In this document: positions 1 through 7,134 of the stretch, piece by piece
Numbering within the stretch: the stretch's first letter is position 1
How the letters are laid out: each line of letters opens with the position of its first letter
Assembly (NCBI RefSeq): GCF_000023965.1
Contig: NC_013201.1
Coordinates: 189,863-221,862 of the forward strand
Source: Halomicrobium mukohataei DSM 12286
GTDB taxonomy: Archaea > Halobacteriota > Halobacteria > Halobacteriales > Haloarculaceae
Length of the DNA: 32,000 nucleotides
Direction: 5' to 3'
Notes under the pieces: generated by a model
The model's database searches: none
What the model was told of the DNA's origin: nothing
What the model saw: only the letters and a program-made list of their open reading frames with translations
Translations under genes and position numbers: made by a program

Positions 1-111
1 GTACTGCAACATTCCACACAGTCGAATATAGACGATAATGTCCTCAAAGTGCCTTTAGAGGATTTTAGAGATCTCCTCCTCTCTTACCCAGACCACTGTA
101 TTGTGTAGTTA

Positions 112-135
112 GTGAAATTCTTTGCAAACCCTTTT
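112..135 (+). promoter_or_regulatory. Candidate promoter/operator: GTGAAATTC-N10-CTTTT, ending 33 nt before ATG 168
   Basis: AT-rich block in a GC-rich context. The same bipartite motif, with the same 33-nt distance to the ATG, recurs at 4317-4340 upstream of the regulator gene. Confidence 0.45.
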
Positions 136-167
136 CTGCATCGACCCAGTAGCTGGGGGTGTACGAC

Positions 168-1454
168 ATGAACGCCGAAGACTTCCCGACTCCCGACGCC
201 GACGTTGCGAGCGTCGCGCCGGAGACGCTGAAGGATCGAATCGACGACGGAGAGAGCGTGACGCTGCTCGACGCGCGGATGAGCACGGAGTACGAGAAGT
301 GGCACGTCGACGGCGAGAACGTCACGTCGATCAACGTCCCCTACTTCGAGTTCCTCGACGACGAGATCGACGAGAGCGTGCTCGACCGGATCCCCGACGA
401 CCGCGAAGTGACAGTCCTCTGTGCGAAGGGCGGTGCCAGCGAGTACGTCGCGGGCACGCTCGTCGAGCAGGGCTACGACGTGGACCACCTCGAAGACGGG
501 ATGAACGGCTGGGCGAGCATCTACGAGGCCGTCGAGGTCCAGCGCTACGACGGGGCGGGAACGCTACTCCAGTACCAGCGACCCTCCACGGGCTGTCTGG
601 GCTATCTGCTCTACGACGACGGGGAGGCGGCGGTCATCGACCCGCTGCGGGCGTTCACCGACCGCTATCTCGCGGACGCCGCAGAACTCCGTTCCGCGAG
701 CCCTGCCTCGCAGGCTCGGCAGGACGAGGACTTCGGCGTCGACCTGCAGTACGCGCTGGACACCCACGTCCACGCCGACCACATCTCGGGCGTGCGCGCC
801 CTCGACGACGAGGGTGTCGAGGGCGTCATTCCCGAGGCGGCCGTCGACCGCGGCGTCACGTACGCCGCGGACGGAAGTTCCGCGAGCCCTGCCTCGCAGG
901 CTCGGCAGGACGCAGACGCCCTCACCACGGCCGCGGACGGCGACACCTTCCAGGTCGGCGACGCCACCATCGAGGCCGTCCACACGCCCGGCCACACGAC
1001 CGGGATGACCTCGTATCTGATCGACGACAGCCTGCTCGCGACCGGCGACGGACTGTTCATCGAGAGCGTCGCCCGCCCCGACCTCGAAGAGGGCGACGAC
1101 GGCGCGCCCGACGCCGCGCGCACGCTCTACGAGTCGCTACAGGAGCGCGTGCTGACGCTGCCCGACGACACGCTGATCGGCGGAGCCCACTTCAGCGACG
1201 CCGCCGAACCCGCCGACGACGGCACCTACACCGCCCCAATCGGCGAGCTCGTCGCGGAGATGGACGCGCTCACGATGGACGAAGAGGCGTTCGTCGACCT
1301 GATCCTCTCGGACATGCCGCCGCGGCCGGCCAACTACGAGGAGATCATCGCGACGAACCTCGGCCAGAACGCCGTCGACGACGAGAAGGCGTTCACGCTC
1401 GAACTCGGCCCGAACAACTGCGCCGCGAGCCAGGGCTCGCTGGCGGATGACTGA
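168..1454 (+). CDS. Rhodanese domain / metallo-beta-lactamase fold fusion protein (persulfide- or sulfur-dioxygenase-like hydrolase)
   Basis: ORF 159..1454. N-terminal rhodanese-like segment with the active-site-type loop VLCAKGGAS. MBL signature THVHADHISG (HxHxDH) and downstream HTPGHTTG. Acidic composition. ATG 168 is preferred over GTG 159 because of promoter spacing. The gene contains two in-frame 36-bp repeat copies. Confidence 0.9.
   Translation: MNAEDFPTPDADVASVAPETLKDRIDDGESVTLLDARMSTEYEKWHVDGENVTSINVPYFEFLDDEIDESVLDRIPDDREVTVLCAKGGASEYVAGTLVEQGYDVDHLEDGMNGWASIYEAVEVQRYDGAGTLLQYQRPSTGCLGYLLYDDGEAAVIDPLRAFTDRYLADAAELRSASPASQARQDEDFGVDLQYALDTHVHADHISGVRALDDEGVEGVIPEAAVDRGVTYAADGSSASPASQARQDADALTTAADGDTFQVGDATIEAVHTPGHTTGMTSYLIDDSLLATGDGLFIESVARPDLEEGDDGAPDAARTLYESLQERVLTLPDDTLIGGAHFSDAAEPADDGTYTAPIGELVAEMDALTMDEEAFVDLILSDMPPRPANYEEIIATNLGQNAVDDEKAFTLELGPNNCAASQGSLADD
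691..726. repeat. Copy 1 of the 36-bp hairpin-forming element GTTCCGCGAGCCCTGCCTCGCAGGCTCGGCAGGACG, in frame inside the CDS
   Basis: Exact 36/36 identity with 877-912. The core CGAGCC(C)TGC-CTC-GCAGGCTCG is an imperfect palindrome. It encodes SASPASQARQD. Confidence 0.9.
877..912. repeat. Copy 2 of the 36-bp hairpin-forming element, in frame inside the CDS
   Basis: Identical to 691-726. The offset is 186 bp (62 codons), so the reading frame and the encoded peptide are the same. Confidence 0.9.
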
Positions 1455-1462
1455 GGAGGGCG

Positions 1463-2020
1463 ATGATGACTGATCCACTCGCGCTTCAGGTGACCGCCGA
1501 GCTGTTTCCAAACGGGATCGGCCGCTACGCCGTCGGTGGACTGCTCGTCGGCCTCGGCGCGGTCGTGATCTACGTCGGGACCGGCATTCCGGCCGGGGCG
1601 AGTACGTTCTTGGAGTCGACGCTGTCGTACGTCTCCGACCAGTCGCGGTTCCAGCAGTACGTGGGCTCGCGGGACTGGCGCGTGGTGTTCACGCTCGGGA
1701 TCGTCCTAGGCGGACTGGCGTTCGCCGCGACCGTCCAGTCCGGTCTGGTGTCGACGGCGCTCTACCAGACGGGGACGACCGGGCAGCTGTACGAAGTCGG
1801 CGGCGTGACGCTCTGGACGACGAACGTCCAGCCGTGGCGGCTGTTCGTCGGCGGCGTCCTCGTCGGCATCGGCACCCGCGTCGGCAAGGGATGTACCTCG
1901 GGCCACGGCGTCTGTGGCGTCGGGTCGGCGTCGAAGACCTCGCTCGTCGGCGTCGCCACCTTCCTGACGGTGGCGATCGGGACGGCACAGGTCGTCGCCG
2001 CGCTGGGGGTGAGCCCGTGA
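1463..2020 (+). CDS. YeeE/YedE-family (DUF395) sulfur-compound transporter, first half-protein
   Basis: Multi-pass hydrophobic protein with the family hallmark GKGCTSGHGVCG. GAGGAGGG lies 3-10 nt upstream of the ATG. It starts 8 nt after the stop of the upstream gene. Confidence 0.85.
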   Translation: MMTDPLALQVTAELFPNGIGRYAVGGLLVGLGAVVIYVGTGIPAGASTFLESTLSYVSDQSRFQQYVGSRDWRVVFTLGIVLGGLAFAATVQSGLVSTALYQTGTTGQLYEVGGVTLWTTNVQPWRLFVGGVLVGIGTRVGKGCTSGHGVCGVGSASKTSLVGVATFLTVAIGTAQVVAALGVSP

Positions 2021-2046
2021 TGTGCGAGACGCGAGCGCAGCGAGGC

Positions 2047-2483
2047 GCGACCGGAGGGAGCGACACGTGGGCAGCGAGGCCGACCAGCGAGAGGCCTCGA
2101 CGGACGCGAACGGGAGCGAACGGAGGGAGCGACACGTGGGCAGCGAGGCCGACCAGCGAGAGGCCTCGACGGACGCGAACGGGAGCGAACGGAGGGAGCG
2201 ACACGTGGGCAGCGAGGCCGACCAGCGAGAGGCCTCGACGGACGCGAACGGGAGCGAACGGAGGGAGCGACACGTGGGCAGCGAGGCCGACCAGCGAGAG
2301 GCCTCGACGGACGCGAACGGGAGCGAACGGAGGGAGCGACACGTGGGCAGCGAGGCCGACCAGCGAGAGGCCTCGACAGACGCGAACGGGAGCGAACGGA
2401 GGGAGCGACACGTGGGCAGCGAGGCCGACCAGCGAGAGGCCTCGACAGACGCGAACGGGAGCGAACGGAGGGAGCGACACGTG
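2047..2483. repeat. Tandem array, 69-bp unit x about 6.3
   Basis: GTG codons at 2067, 2136, 2205, 2274, 2343, 2412 and 2481 (period 69), each with GGAGGG 8 nt upstream. Units are identical except G>A at 2378 and 2447. Each unit contains the hairpin CGAGGCC-N11-GGCCTCG (first copy 2075-2099). The array is open in several frames on both strands. Confidence 0.97.
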
Positions 2484-2939
2484 AGCGACGACCGACATCC
2501 GCTGTTCGAGCCGCTGATCTTCGTCGGCGGCCTGATCTTCGGGTTCGGACTCGGGTTCAGTCAGATGGCGCGTCCGGAAGTGGTGCTGAACTTCCTCCAG
2601 TTCGAGGACTTCGGACTGCTGTTCGTCATGTTCGGCGCGGCCGTCGTCTCCGGGATCGCGTTCGCAGTGATGCCCCGGATTCGGAACGTGGCACCCCTGA
2701 CGGGCGACCGCTACGAGCGTCGGCTGAAGCCGTTCGACCGGAACGTCCTCGTCGGCGGAGCCATCTTCGGCGTCGGCTGGGGACTCTCGGGCATCTGTCC
2801 GGGTGCCGCGTACGCGAGCCTCGGCGTCGGCAACGTCACGATCCTCTGGGCGCTGGCCGGGATGTTCCTGGGCGCGTACGCTCAGGGGTACTGGCGGAGT
2901 CAGAATCGAGCGCGTGACACCGCCACCGGCGCGGACTAG
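2481..2939 (+). CDS. YeeE/YedE-related membrane protein, second half-transporter (DUF6691-like). The N-terminus could be extended by 1-6 repeat units.
   Basis: Hydrophobic core SDDRHPLFEPLIFVGGLIFGFGLGFSQM...GWGLSGICPGAAY. The minimal start is GTG 2481 with GGAGGG upstream. The ORF stays open in frame back to 2022 through the repeat array. Confidence 0.8.
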   Translation: MSDDRHPLFEPLIFVGGLIFGFGLGFSQMARPEVVLNFLQFEDFGLLFVMFGAAVVSGIAFAVMPRIRNVAPLTGDRYERRLKPFDRNVLVGGAIFGVGWGLSGICPGAAYASLGVGNVTILWALAGMFLGAYAQGYWRSQNRARDTATGAD

Positions 2940-2947
2940 CCAGTTCT

Positions 2948-4123
2948 ATGGACCCCGCACTCATCGCTCTCTTCGTCGGTGCAGCAGTCGCCAGCCTGTT
3001 CATGGCGTGGGTCATCGGCGCTGGATCGAGCGGCGCGACTCCCTTCGCACCAGCCGTCGGCGCGAACGCCATCGGGACGATGCGGGCCGCCTTTCTGGTC
3101 GGCATCTTCGGATTCGCAGGGGCGGTCACACAGGGCGGGAGCGTCTCGAAGGCGGTCGGGAGCGGTCTCGTGGGCGGCATCAGTCTGCCCGTCGGCGGGG
3201 TCATCCTCGTGCTCGTGCTGGGAGCGGGGCTGATGGCGGTCGGGATCGCGACGGGCTATCCGATCGCGACCGCGTTCACCGTGACGGGTGCCGTCGTCGG
3301 CGTCGGCCTCGCACTGGGCGGGACGCCGGTCTGGCCGAAGTACCAGCAGATCGCCGCCGTCTGGGTGTTGACGCCCGTCGTCGGCGGCGGCATCGCGTTC
3401 GTCATCGCCAGCCTCCTGCCCCGTCCCGACGTCCCCGAACGGTTCAGCATCCCCCTCCTTGCCGGCCTCGTCGGGGCCGTCCTCGTGAACGTCGACTTCA
3501 GCTTCCTCGGCGAGGGGACCGCGTCGGGGACCGTCCGCGGGCTCGGGCAACGCGTATTGGCAGTGGACGGTCTCGCGTCGGGGCTCGTCGTGACCGGCGT
3601 CGTCGCGCTGGCCGTCGCCGCCGTCGTCCGATGGGACGTTCGCCGTGACGAACGCGGCGGCCTGCGGCGCGTCCTGCTCGCGCTCGGCTCGCTCGTCGCC
3701 TTCTCCGCGGGCGGGAGTCAGGTCGGCCTCGCCGTCGGGCCGTTGCTGCCCCTGCTCGACGAGATCGGGATGGTGTCGACGATGACCGTGCTCGTCGGCG
3801 GCGGGCTGGGAATGCTCGCCGGGTCGTGGACGGGCGCGCCCCGGATGATCAAGTCGCTGGCACGGGACTACTCCTCGCTGGGACCGCGGCGCTCCATTTC
3901 GGCACTCGTGCCGTCGTTCCTGATCGCACAACTGGCCGTGCTGCTGGGCGTTCCGGTGTCGTTCAACGAGATCGTCGTCAGTGCCATCATCGGGAGCGGT
4001 GCCGCAGTCGGCGGACGCGACGCGGTGGACGCACGGAAGATACTCGTGACCGTGGGAGCGTGGGCAGGGTCGTTCGGCCTGTCGTTCGTGCTCGCGTACG
4101 TCGCCGCGTCCCTGCTACTGTAG
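2948..4123 (+). CDS. PiT-family inorganic anion (phosphate/sulfate-type) permease
   Basis: 391 aa, Gly/Ala-rich multi-pass membrane protein with a PiT-like N-terminus (FMAWVIGAGSSGATPFAPAVGANAIG) and an internal duplicated half. It starts 8 nt after the upstream stop, so it is probably in the same operon. Confidence 0.8.
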   Translation: MDPALIALFVGAAVASLFMAWVIGAGSSGATPFAPAVGANAIGTMRAAFLVGIFGFAGAVTQGGSVSKAVGSGLVGGISLPVGGVILVLVLGAGLMAVGIATGYPIATAFTVTGAVVGVGLALGGTPVWPKYQQIAAVWVLTPVVGGGIAFVIASLLPRPDVPERFSIPLLAGLVGAVLVNVDFSFLGEGTASGTVRGLGQRVLAVDGLASGLVVTGVVALAVAAVVRWDVRRDERGGLRRVLLALGSLVAFSAGGSQVGLAVGPLLPLLDEIGMVSTMTVLVGGGLGMLAGSWTGAPRMIKSLARDYSSLGPRRSISALVPSFLIAQLAVLLGVPVSFNEIVVSAIIGSGAAVGGRDAVDARKILVTVGAWAGSFGLSFVLAYVAASLLL

Positions 4124-4316
4124 GCACCAGCGGAGACACCGCGCGGTCACACGTCGAGACGGCAGCCGATCGATCTGCGTCGGAAAGCGAACGGCGTCCC
4201 GGGCGTCTGCACGAGACAGTATTTTCCAGAAGAAACAAGACCGGTAGCCGGCAGAGAGTCTGCGTTCACCGCCGGCACCGTGTCGTCGCCAGTCTGGTGA
4301 GTGTTCGTGCGGCATT

Positions 4317-4340
4317 GTGAAATTCGCACACAAGTCTTTT
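4317..4340 (+). promoter_or_regulatory. Candidate promoter/operator: GTGAAATTC-N10-CTTTT(AA), ending 33 nt before ATG 4373
   Basis: Same motif and same spacing as 112-135. TCTTTTAA is TATA-like. Confidence 0.45.
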
Positions 4341-4372
4341 AACGAGGAGGACCGTACGTTCACCCGATACCG

Positions 4373-4777
4373 ATGCCAGATTCGATGTCCGAACAGCTTC
4401 AGCGGGACATGGAGTGTGAGGGGCTTCTGGAGTGTTTCCACGGACTCAAACAGCTCGATCGAGAGGTCTTTCAGGCGCTCGTCGACACCGAGGACGCGCT
4501 CACCGTCGACGAGATCGCAGACGCCGTCGACCGTGAGCGCTCGACCGCATATAGGGCCGTACAGCGGCTCCTCCAGGCCGGATTCATCCAGAAAGAACAG
4601 GTCAACTACGACCAGGGAGGGTACTACCACGTCTACAGACCGACCGACCCCGCGAACATCGCGGACGACATGCAGCGGCTCCTCAACGACTGGTACGCGA
4701 AGATGGGCCAGCTCATTCAGGAGTTCGAGACGAAGTACGAAGACCGCGACGCGACAGCGCCGTCGGTCGAGGGCTGA
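4373..4777 (+). CDS. Winged helix-turn-helix transcriptional regulator (TrmB/MarR-like)
   Basis: 134 aa, acidic. The wHTH segment is LTVDEIADAVDRERSTAYRAVQRLLQAGFIQKEQV. An alternative ATG lies at 4385. Confidence 0.75.
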   Translation: MPDSMSEQLQRDMECEGLLECFHGLKQLDREVFQALVDTEDALTVDEIADAVDRERSTAYRAVQRLLQAGFIQKEQVNYDQGGYYHVYRPTDPANIADDMQRLLNDWYAKMGQLIQEFETKYEDRDATAPSVEG

Positions 4778-4801
4778 GCCCCCAGTTCGACGGACCACTG
4801 C

Positions 4802-4881
4802 TACGGATTACTGTCGATCGTTCCCGGAGCAGCCCCACGCCGTCGTGTGGTCGGCCGGGCAAGCGGCGACAATAATCCGTA
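4802..4881. repeat. 80-nt element bounded by 15-bp inverted repeats (TACGGATTACTGTCG / CGACAATAATCCGTA, 1 mismatch) around a 50-nt GC-rich spacer
   Basis: Read directly. The arms are 4802-4816 and 4867-4881. The element begins 25 nt after the regulator stop codon. Confidence 0.7.
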
Positions 4882-5065
4882 CGAGGTCCCCACGCGACAC
4901 CCCTCCCGCTGGGACTGCCCGCTGTGGATTTTCACCGTCTTCGCGATCCGAGGTCGCAGCTGCTGTAGGTAGTGCGACAGCCCGTCGTCGGCCGGCTCGT
5001 GCTGGGGACAGTATTGTTTAGTACGTCCAAAACCCTTAACTACGAGAGTCGCCTACGGTGAACTG

Positions 5066-5425
5066 ATGACAACAGATATCGAAGCCGAAGCCGGAGCAGG
5101 TACGCCCACGGAGCCAGTCCACGTCGACGGCCAGTCCGAGCTGGACGGCGCGGTCGCCGACTACGAGGTCGTTCTGGCGGACTTCTACGCCGACTGGTGT
5201 GGCCCCTGCCAGATGCTCGAACCGGTCGTCGAGACGCTGGCGGCCGAGACGGACGCCGCCGTGGCGAAAGTCGACGTCGACGAGAACCAGCAGCTCGCGA
5301 CGGCCTACGGCGTCCGTGGCGTGCCCACGCTCGTCCTCTTTGCCGACGGCGAGCAGGTCGAGGAGATCGTCGGCGTCCAGGGCGAAGACGAGCTGCGGTC
5401 GCTCGTCGAACAGTACACGGCGTGA
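5066..5425 (+). CDS. trxA: Thioredoxin
   Basis: 119 aa with the WCGPC active site and the GVRGVPTL motif. The length is typical. Confidence 0.95.
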   Translation: MTTDIEAEAGAGTPTEPVHVDGQSELDGAVADYEVVLADFYADWCGPCQMLEPVVETLAAETDAAVAKVDVDENQQLATAYGVRGVPTLVLFADGEQVEEIVGVQGEDELRSLVEQYTA

Positions 5426-5516
5426 GGCCAGGTAGCGTGTGGTCGAGCGGGCAGCGTCGCGCTGCTCGGATGAAGCCGTAGTTGGTATGTACCTCAGTCT
5501 CCCCTGTGGAGATAGG

Positions 5517-6293
5517 ATGACACACGTGAGCGTTATCGGCTGTGGCAACATGGGTGGGGCCTTCGTGAAGGGGCTCGCCCAGACCGGAGCCTACGAAGTG
5601 ACAGCGATCGACCTCGATCCCGAAGCGCTGGCGTCAGTCGCCGACGACGCCGACGAGACGACCGACGACATCGACGCGGCCCGGGAGGCAGAGATCGTCG
5701 TGTTGGCAGTCAAACCGAAGGCGGTCTCGGCAGTCCTCGCTGATCTCGATCTCCGACCAGACCAGTCGCTTCTCACCATCGCGGCGGGCGTCCCGCGGTC
5801 GTTCGTCGCCGGGGAGACCGACGCGACCGTCGTCCGGATCATGCCGAATCTGGCGGCCGAGACCGGCGACATGGCCGCCGCGGCCACCCGCGACGGGATC
5901 GACGACAACGTGCGGGAACTGCTGGACGCGGTCGGCGAGTTCGTCGAGATCGACGAGGAGCTGATGGACGTGTCGACGGCGGTCAACGGCAGCGGCCCGG
6001 CCTTCGCCTTCTACCTCATCGACGCGATGAAGGAGGCCGGCATCGACGGCGGTCTCGACCCCGAGCAGGCCGAGACGCTGGCGGCCCAGACGTTCAAGGG
6101 CGCGGCCGAGACGGTCCTCCGGGACGACCGAAGCGTCTCCGAGCTCATCGACGCCGTCTGCTCGCCCAACGGGACCACCATCGAGGGCATGGAGGTCCTG
6201 TGGGACAGCGACGCCGACGCGGCGGTTATCGAGGCCGTCGAAGCCGCCGAGCAGCGGTCCCGAGAACTCGCCGAGGAGTTCGACGATGAGTGA
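5517..6293 (+). CDS. proC: Pyrroline-5-carboxylate reductase
   Basis: Rossmann start [16 protein letters not shown] and the C-terminal SPNGTTIEG motif. ATG 5517 is preferred over the ORF start at 5439. The gene overlaps proB by 8 nt. Confidence 0.9.
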   Translation: MTHVSVIGCGNMGGAFVKGLAQTGAYEVTAIDLDPEALASVADDADETTDDIDAAREAEIVVLAVKPKAVSAVLADLDLRPDQSLLTIAAGVPRSFVAGETDATVVRIMPNLAAETGDMAAAATRDGIDDNVRELLDAVGEFVEIDEELMDVSTAVNGSGPAFAFYLIDAMKEAGIDGGLDPEQAETLAAQTFKGAAETVLRDDRSVSELIDAVCSPNGTTIEGMEVLWDSDADAAVIEAVEAAEQRSRELAEEFDDE

Positions 6294-7134
6294 GCAGTCG
6301 GCGATCGAGAGCGTCGGCGAGGCGACCGTCGAGCAGGCGCGCGAGCAGGCCGCCGACGCCCAGCGCGTGATCGTCAAGGCGGGGACGAACTCGCTGACCG
6401 ACGAGGACTCCCAGCTCGATCGCGTGAAACTCGACAAGCTTGTCAGCGACATCATGGACCTCCGGAAGCGGGGGAAGGACGTGCTGCTGGTCTCGTCTGG
6501 CGCGGTCGGTGCGGGCAAGGGGCTGATCGACGAGGAGACCGAGACCGTCGAGGAGAGCCAGGCCCTCTCGACGGTCGGACAGAGCCACCTGATGCGCCAC
6601 TACACCCAGAGCTTCGACCGCTACGACCAGACGGTCGCACAGATCCTGCTGACCGAGCACGATCTGGCCAACCCCGAGCGCTTTACGAACGTCCGCAACA
6701 CCATCGAGACGCTGTTCGACTGGGGGATCGTGCCGATCATCAACGAGAACGACGCGATCGCGACCGAGGAGATCCAGATCGGCGACAACGACATGCTCTC
6801 GGCGTCGGTCGCCATCGGCGTCAACGCCGACCTGCTGGTGACCCTGACCGACGTTGGCGGCGTCTACACGGGCAACCCGAAAGACGACGACGACGCGGCG
6901 CTGATCGAGGCAGTCGGCGCGAACTACGACGCCGTCCAGTCGCTCGTCGACGACAGCACGACCGCCGAGTTCGGCGGCATCCAGACGAAAGTCGAGGGCG
7001 CGCGCGACGTGAGCGAACACGGCACACCGGCGATCATCGCCGGCTCGGCGGACCGCGACGTACTGGAACGGATCGCTACTGCCAAATCGGTGGGCACGCT
7101 ATTCGTCCCGATAAACGGAGCCACAGATGACTGA
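6286..7134 (+). CDS. proB: Glutamate 5-kinase (short form without PUA domain)
   Basis: Amino-acid-kinase fold motifs [32 protein letters not shown] and GDNDMLSA. Confidence 0.92.
   Translation: MSEQSAIESVGEATVEQAREQAADAQRVIVKAGTNSLTDEDSQLDRVKLDKLVSDIMDLRKRGKDVLLVSSGAVGAGKGLIDEETETVEESQALSTVGQSHLMRHYTQSFDRYDQTVAQILLTEHDLANPERFTNVRNTIETLFDWGIVPIINENDAIATEEIQIGDNDMLSASVAIGVNADLLVTLTDVGGVYTGNPKDDDDAALIEAVGANYDAVQSLVDDSTTAEFGGIQTKVEGARDVSEHGTPAIIAGSADRDVLERIATAKSVGTLFVPINGATDD

Noticed and set aside
122-1450. Long alternative-frame or antisense ORFs overlapping real genes. Examples: 122..1450, 2936..3931(-), 7076..8410(-), 8513..9418(-), 20359..21669(-), 21831..22859, 23413..24570, 24953..26200, 27203..28255(-), 28561..29526(-), 30015..30857(-), 30766..31857.
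   Set aside because: Their translations are dominated by Arg, Pro, Gly and Ala with no recognisable motifs. That is typical of open shadow frames in DNA of about 65% G+C. In each case the partner frame encodes an acidic protein with clear family signatures.
2047-2483. Could the regularly spaced repeat array be a CRISPR array?
   Set aside because: The whole 69-bp unit repeats head to tail with near-perfect identity. There are no unique spacers between repeats, no leader-like AT-rich flank and no cas genes in the window. It is a tandem (minisatellite-like) repeat.
1689-2498. The 269-aa minus-strand ORF and the 216-aa plus-strand ORF (1834..2484) encode highly repetitive proteins.
   Set aside because: Both exist only because the tandem array has no stop codons in several frames. 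Both overlap the well-supported YeeE-type CDS out of frame and have Arg/Pro/Gly-rich shadow composition outside the repeats.
4147-4329. A 60-aa minus-strand ORF in the spacer between the PiT gene and the regulator gene could be a small protein or toxin.
   Set aside because: There is no start context, it is non-acidic, it has no recognisable motif, and it overlaps the proposed promoter of the regulator gene. The support is insufficient.
5439-5516. N-terminal extensions implied by the longest ORFs: proC from 5439, IclR from 20768, PNPOx-like from 16102, the LarA-like gene from 26233, the third USP from 17559 and GH88 from 31965.
   Set aside because: The extensions are basic or low-complexity and lack homology-like character. 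Internal ATGs coincide with canonical family N-termini (for example the Rossmann GxGxxG directly after the start) and with TATA-like boxes 25-35 nt upstream.
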